Source: Chlorokybus atmophyticus (taxonomy: Eukaryota > Plantae > Mesostigma and Chlorokybus algae). From it: a DNA stretch of 64,000 bases. The stretch spans positions 43,504 through 107,503 of the forward strand of contig RHPI01001020.1 in the NCBI GenBank assembly GCA_009103225.1. Direction: 5' to 3'. Below are positions 62,143-64,000 of the stretch, piece by piece (within the stretch, counting starts at the first letter, position 1; every line of letters starts with the position of its first letter). A program made the translations under genes and the position numbers. The notes below the pieces were generated by a model. The model ran no database searches, was not told the DNA's origin, and worked only from the letters and a program-made list of their open reading frames with translations.

Positions 62143-64000
62143 ATGTCGGCGGCGGCAATGGCGGAGGAACAGGACGTTGCTGCGCTTGTCGAGCAGCAGC
62201 GGCTGCGTCTGGAAGAGTATGAAGCTGCACGCAAGGAACGCTGTGAAAGCCAGCGTGAGTATGCTAAGCGCCGTCGGGAGGAAGACAAGTATGTGGTCAG
62301 CCAGCTTAGGGAGGACTTGGGGTTGAAGAAGTCCAGGATGAATGCCACCGGTGTTTTCCTGCATGCACTGATTTCCGGCCGCACGTGGAGCTGGGTCGGA
62401 GACAGTCTCGTCATGAAACCCAAGGAGGGGGTGAGTGGTGCGCACGTGCTGCACCTGCGCGCGAGCTGGGTGCTTGTTTTGTGCATGTCTGTTGTGTGGG
62501 GCTGACAAGATGTTGTGACGTGACCAGGATGTATTGCGTTTACCGGGGATTGCCCAAGGCGGCATGCCAGAGCAGGTGATATCGATGGTTGATGTGGTTG
62601 TTGGAGGTTGTCGCTGCCATGCTGGTGTGTTCTGTGTGTTCATGCGGATTCTGACATGCTCTGTGTGGCAGAACAATGGTGTAGACTTGGGCTCCTCAGA
62701 TTCCGAGGATGAAGACCAGGAGAACATCCCACCTATGTCGTCGCAGCTACAGAAGCGGCAGAAACAGCATCATGCAGTGGGTCAGCAGCAGGTGCCGCCT
62801 GCAGCTGCACTCCAACAGCAACCAAATGGAAAATGTGACCGCAACGGCAATCGTGTCCATATGGGGCCTAATTTGTCGAGACTCAATGGCAGCGCAAGAG
62901 TTATTCCGAGAACGCCTAAGACTCCTGGTGCTCAGGCTCAAGGTGGGCGCATGCAGTAGCGAGAAAGGGTTAGTCGACGCCAGGGACTGGTCGCTAGTCC
63001 CAGCGGTATTGCTATGACCGTGGTATTTCGTGGTTGATACCCACGTGTGTATATATATGTGAACATGTGCTGCTTCTTTGGATGTTGGTTTTGATTGGGG
63101 TTATGTTGTGTGTGCAGAACCTGCTCGGACTGCGAGTGTTGATGCTGCGTCTGTGAATGCTGGTGGTACTTGTAGACAGACCCGCATATTCAGCCAAGTC
63201 GAGGTACATGACTTGTCGAGTGTGCACTGTTGTCTGGGTGTGGTGTTTGTATGCAGCAGTGCATGTGCAAATTGTGTAGAGTACTGGGTATGCTGCTTGG
63301 CGAGTGCCTGCAGATGCATTTGGTGTGCCTGCTGTTGATTGAGGGCACAGTATCTGACATTGTATAAGTTGATGGACTTCTTGCTGAGGGCATCAAGTTG
63401 CAACAGGTACGATCTCAGCACTCAACACATTTCAAGTGTCCGTCTATCATGCAGTTCTTGAGGCTGGAAGTTGAGCGCTTGAAGCAAGAACTGGAGGTCT
63501 GCTGTGCTGAACGTCAACAATTGAGGACAGAACTGGCTGACAGTCAAGCTACGCTAGGAGGTCAGCATAAGAATGTCGATGATGATACTTGTGCCCAAAT
63601 GGAGCGGGCACAGCAGGAGGCCGCTCGATGGCAGTCCAAATGGCAGGTGGGCCGGTATGCGCCTGTGGGGCGAGTGCATTCTGTTTAAAATTGAATGGCA
63701 TATACAGAGTGTCTAACTTCGCCCATGCAGCGTTGTTCACTGTGGACCTTGAGGGTGGTCGTCCAGTCGGAATGACATGCACATGTTCTTGCAGGAAGTG
63801 CGCGAGCAGCTGCGGCAACAGGAGACACTGAATGAGAACAAGCGTGAGGAAGCTGCACAGACTGTGGAGGAAGTGCAGGAAGAGTTGGATAGCATGGTGC
63901 ATCAGTTGCAGGTGATGTTGTGCGGGTTACCTGAACCATTGGACATGGATGAGGTCTGGCGAAGGCGACTGTTGACGCTTGGTATTGTGCAGTTGTTGGA
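62143..64000 (+). CDS. Partial spliced coiled-coil protein of unknown family, running off the window
   Basis: MSAAAMAEEQDVAALVEQQRLRLEEYE..; acidic SSDSEDEDQENIPP (KEN-like ENIPP); LEVERLKQELE..EVREQLRQQE heptads. Could be one gene or two. Confidence 0.55.

Overview
Eukaryotic nuclear DNA from an intron-rich green alga. An early-diverging streptophyte is my inference, from plant-like NUP93 and SMN and a DNMT-carrying Ty3 element. There are three N gaps. Spliced host genes: a putative plastid membrane/coiled-coil protein, an unknown gene, a GDPD phosphodiesterase, SMN, an FHA-SIM-RING-zf-PARP ubiquitin ligase, NUP93, a secreted Cys/Pro-rich protein, a Cys-type GST and a partial coiled-coil gene. 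Mobile elements: (1) a young Naiad/Chlamys-type Penelope-like element with N-terminal GIY-YIG and identical 465-bp pseudo-LTRs; (2) a decayed Ty3/gypsy element carrying a cytosine-5 DNA methyltransferase between protease and RT; (3) a complete but decayed chromovirus with both LTRs and a possible degenerate N6-adenine-methyltransferase-like module between gag and protease; (4) an apparently intact intron-containing hAT transposon with TIRs and an 8-bp TSD. The best leads are two different methyltransferase cargoes in neighbouring retrotransposons, the FHA-SIM-RING-zf-PARP architecture, and an unexplained structured RNA-like segment at about 14.0-14.5 kb. All calls were made by eye; no searches or folding were run.
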